From Candidatus Aenigmarchaeota archaeon CG_4_9_14_3_um_filter_37_18 (lineage in GTDB: Archaea; Aenigmatarchaeota; Aenigmatarchaeia; CG10238-14): a stretch of 53,367 nt of DNA. The translations under genes and the position numbers were made by a program. The stretch lies in NCBI GenBank assembly GCA_002789635.1, contig PFTQ01000044.1:837-54203 (forward strand), in the 5' to 3' direction. Below, piece after piece: positions 51,868 to 53,367 of the stretch (within the stretch, counting starts at the first letter, position 1; the number at the start of each line of letters is the position of its first letter). A model generated the notes under the pieces. It was not told the origin of the DNA, ran no database searches, and saw only the letters and a list, made by a program, of their open reading frames with translations.

Positions 51868-52411
51868 GATGGCGCTTACCATTATTTTTGATACCAACAT
51901 ATATCTAGATTTCCTACTGATAGAAGATAAAAAAGATTCTAAAGAGTCCATCCCAAAATATTTGAAACAAAGCAATGATATTTACGACTTGATTCCAAAG
52001 AGAAAATTCAAAGTTATACACTCAATTTGGAATGAATTCGAATTGAGGGATCAAATATCAAAACTAAACTTGGAAAGAAAATTTATCATGCATGGTTTTT
52101 CCGTACCTGAATTTGGAAAAGCTAAAGAGATCATTGTATTGAATGAAAATGATAAAAATGCTATAGATGATGCTGCTCTCTCTTTATTGGAAATCTCAAA
52201 ACATGAAGAGGTTGAATTAAATATGAATGAAATCCTCAAAATGGTTAGAAAAGGGTTGAGTTTTATGGATTCAATATTAGTTTTCCAAGCTGAGTACAAT
52301 AAAAATTGCGATTACCTAGTTACACGAGACAATACTCTGAGAAAACAAGTTAATGAATTCAAATTTTCTGAAAAAGTCATTGGCGGAAAAACATTTTTAT
52401 CAAAAATATAA
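51860..52411 (+). CDS. PIN-domain-like protein (VapC-like nuclease fold)
   Basis: N-terminal IIFDTNIYLDF, and C-terminal FMDSILVFQAEYNKNCDYLVTRDNTL, typical of PIN acidic-residue positions. Confidence 0.5.
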   Translation: MIKMALTIIFDTNIYLDFLLIEDKKDSKESIPKYLKQSNDIYDLIPKRKFKVIHSIWNEFELRDQISKLNLERKFIMHGFSVPEFGKAKEIIVLNENDKNAIDDAALSLLEISKHEEVELNMNEILKMVRKGLSFMDSILVFQAEYNKNCDYLVTRDNTLRKQVNEFKFSEKVIGGKTFLSKI

Positions 52412-53281
52412 TTCATCATCAAACCTTGGGCAGATCATGTTAACCAAAACATCAAACTTAAGTCCTTCTAATTTCTCCTTTGTAACCCTGTCAAAAGCTA
52501 GTATCGTGACTTCTTTGCCTTTTTTCTCCAAACCCACTTTTAATTTTCTCGCTTCATCTATTCTATTTTGGCCTTTTTTCCATGAGACTAGTATCCCGAC
52601 ATTTTTCGCATCTTCCAATCGACTATTATGCCACGCCTTTTTCTTGAGGTATTTCATCTTCTCTTTTTCCATACCAATTACTTCATTCTTTTCTAAATCC
52701 AAGCTATAGACTGGTTTATCAGTTTTTACTGCAACGCCAAGCGGATGGAATTTTCCCGAGCCAACATAAAGGAATGTGTCAACTTTATCATCAATTTTCT
52801 CAGCAGCATAAGTGCAGCATCCCAAGATCTGGCCAGGATATTTCAAAACTTTCTCAACAAAAACTTCTTTCCCATTCTTTTCAAGGTATTTTTTTACTTT
52901 GTTCATCGCTTTAACATATTGTACGCTTGTAATCAATCCTATTTTCTTGAATGGTTTTAGTTTATCAAATTCTTTTTTCAGAGTAGGTATTGGGTCAACA
53001 TCTATTTCATATTCCCAGTAGATGACCGGCATCTCGGATCTCATTCCAAAATCAGAGTGCCCTATATGAAGGATAGCATTGCAGCCTAATCTTTTCGCTT
53101 CTTGATCTCTCAAGTCACAAGACCCAAATGTTGGCTCTAGACATAAGATAACCTCAAAACCCTCTTTTTCAAGGCTCTTTGAGATATCAACTACCTTCAA
53201 TTTTAGACCTTCTGGGTACTGAACAAATACTTTTTTCGCTTTTTTCTCTTTAAGCTCCTTAATCACGTTTTCCAGACTCAT
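52400..53281 (-). CDS. dph2: diphthamide biosynthesis enzyme Dph2 (2-(3-amino-3-carboxypropyl)histidine synthase)
   Basis: KKVFVQYPEGLK, ILCLEPTFGSCD, ILHIGHS, YVGSGKFHPLG. Confidence 0.85.
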   Translation of the reverse strand: MSLENVIKELKEKKAKKVFVQYPEGLKLKVVDISKSLEKEGFEVILCLEPTFGSCDLRDQEAKRLGCNAILHIGHSDFGMRSEMPVIYWEYEIDVDPIPTLKKEFDKLKPFKKIGLITSVQYVKAMNKVKKYLEKNGKEVFVEKVLKYPGQILGCCTYAAEKIDDKVDTFLYVGSGKFHPLGVAVKTDKPVYSLDLEKNEVIGMEKEKMKYLKKKAWHNSRLEDAKNVGILVSWKKGQNRIDEARKLKVGLEKKGKEVTILAFDRVTKEKLEGLKFDVLVNMICPRFDDELYF

Positions 53282-53367
53282 AACAAGAATTAAATCTTTC
53301 TATTTTTAAATACAAGACATGCAAGATATTTCTTGGAAAACTAGAAGAAAGGGCTACTGGCTGTTCA

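Noticed and set aside
1-53367. Scan of the whole window for CRISPR arrays, rRNA genes, transposases or integrases, reverse transcriptase / DGR components and recoded stop codons
   Set aside because: None was recognised. The only nucleotide-level repeats found are the tRNA 3'-end duplications and the intragenic duplications listed in the findings. All long ORFs terminate normally, with no evidence of reassigned stops.

Overview
This is an AT-rich, very gene-dense segment of an archaeal chromosome. Archaeal hallmarks include aIF-1A, Alba, RNA polymerase subunit L, aTrm56, the wyosine enzymes Taw1 and Trm5, the diphthamide genes dph2 and dph5, an SRP RNA, and a tRNA-Trp with an intron at position 37/38. 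The compaction fits a small-genome, DPANN-like episymbiotic archaeon, but that lineage call is inference. Supporting signs are many ATGA start/stop overlaps, convergent genes sharing stop codons, few biosynthetic genes and many Cys-rich secreted proteins.

Housekeeping blocks flank a roughly 17 kb surface-apparatus locus at 17.5-34.4 kb. It encodes a FlaI/PilB-type secretion ATPase and a FlaJ/PilC-type platform protein. It also encodes at least nine proteins with class III (type IV pilin-like) N-termini. One of these is a 759-aa protein fused to an SLT lytic transglycosylase and an amidase_2 murein amidase. Another is an 844-aa Cys-rich repeat protein. Two coiled-coil proteins and three tandem paralogous membrane proteins of unknown family sit next to the ATPase gene. 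This putative murein-attacking pilus in an organism that makes no murein is the main candidate for a new system.

Other points of interest:
- tRNA-Thr and tRNA-Trp are each followed by a duplicated copy of their own 3' end, and each pair of copies brackets a single small ORF (att-like scars).
- A cysteine-themed cluster runs tRNA-Cys, wHTH, cysK, ridA, cysS.
- An M50 site-2-protease homologue has all catalytic motifs substituted.
- A DsbB/BdbC-like oxidase co-occurs with a large Cys-rich secretome.
- Several short ORFs missing from the supplied track are proposed.

I recognised no rRNA, CRISPR array, transposase or integrase.
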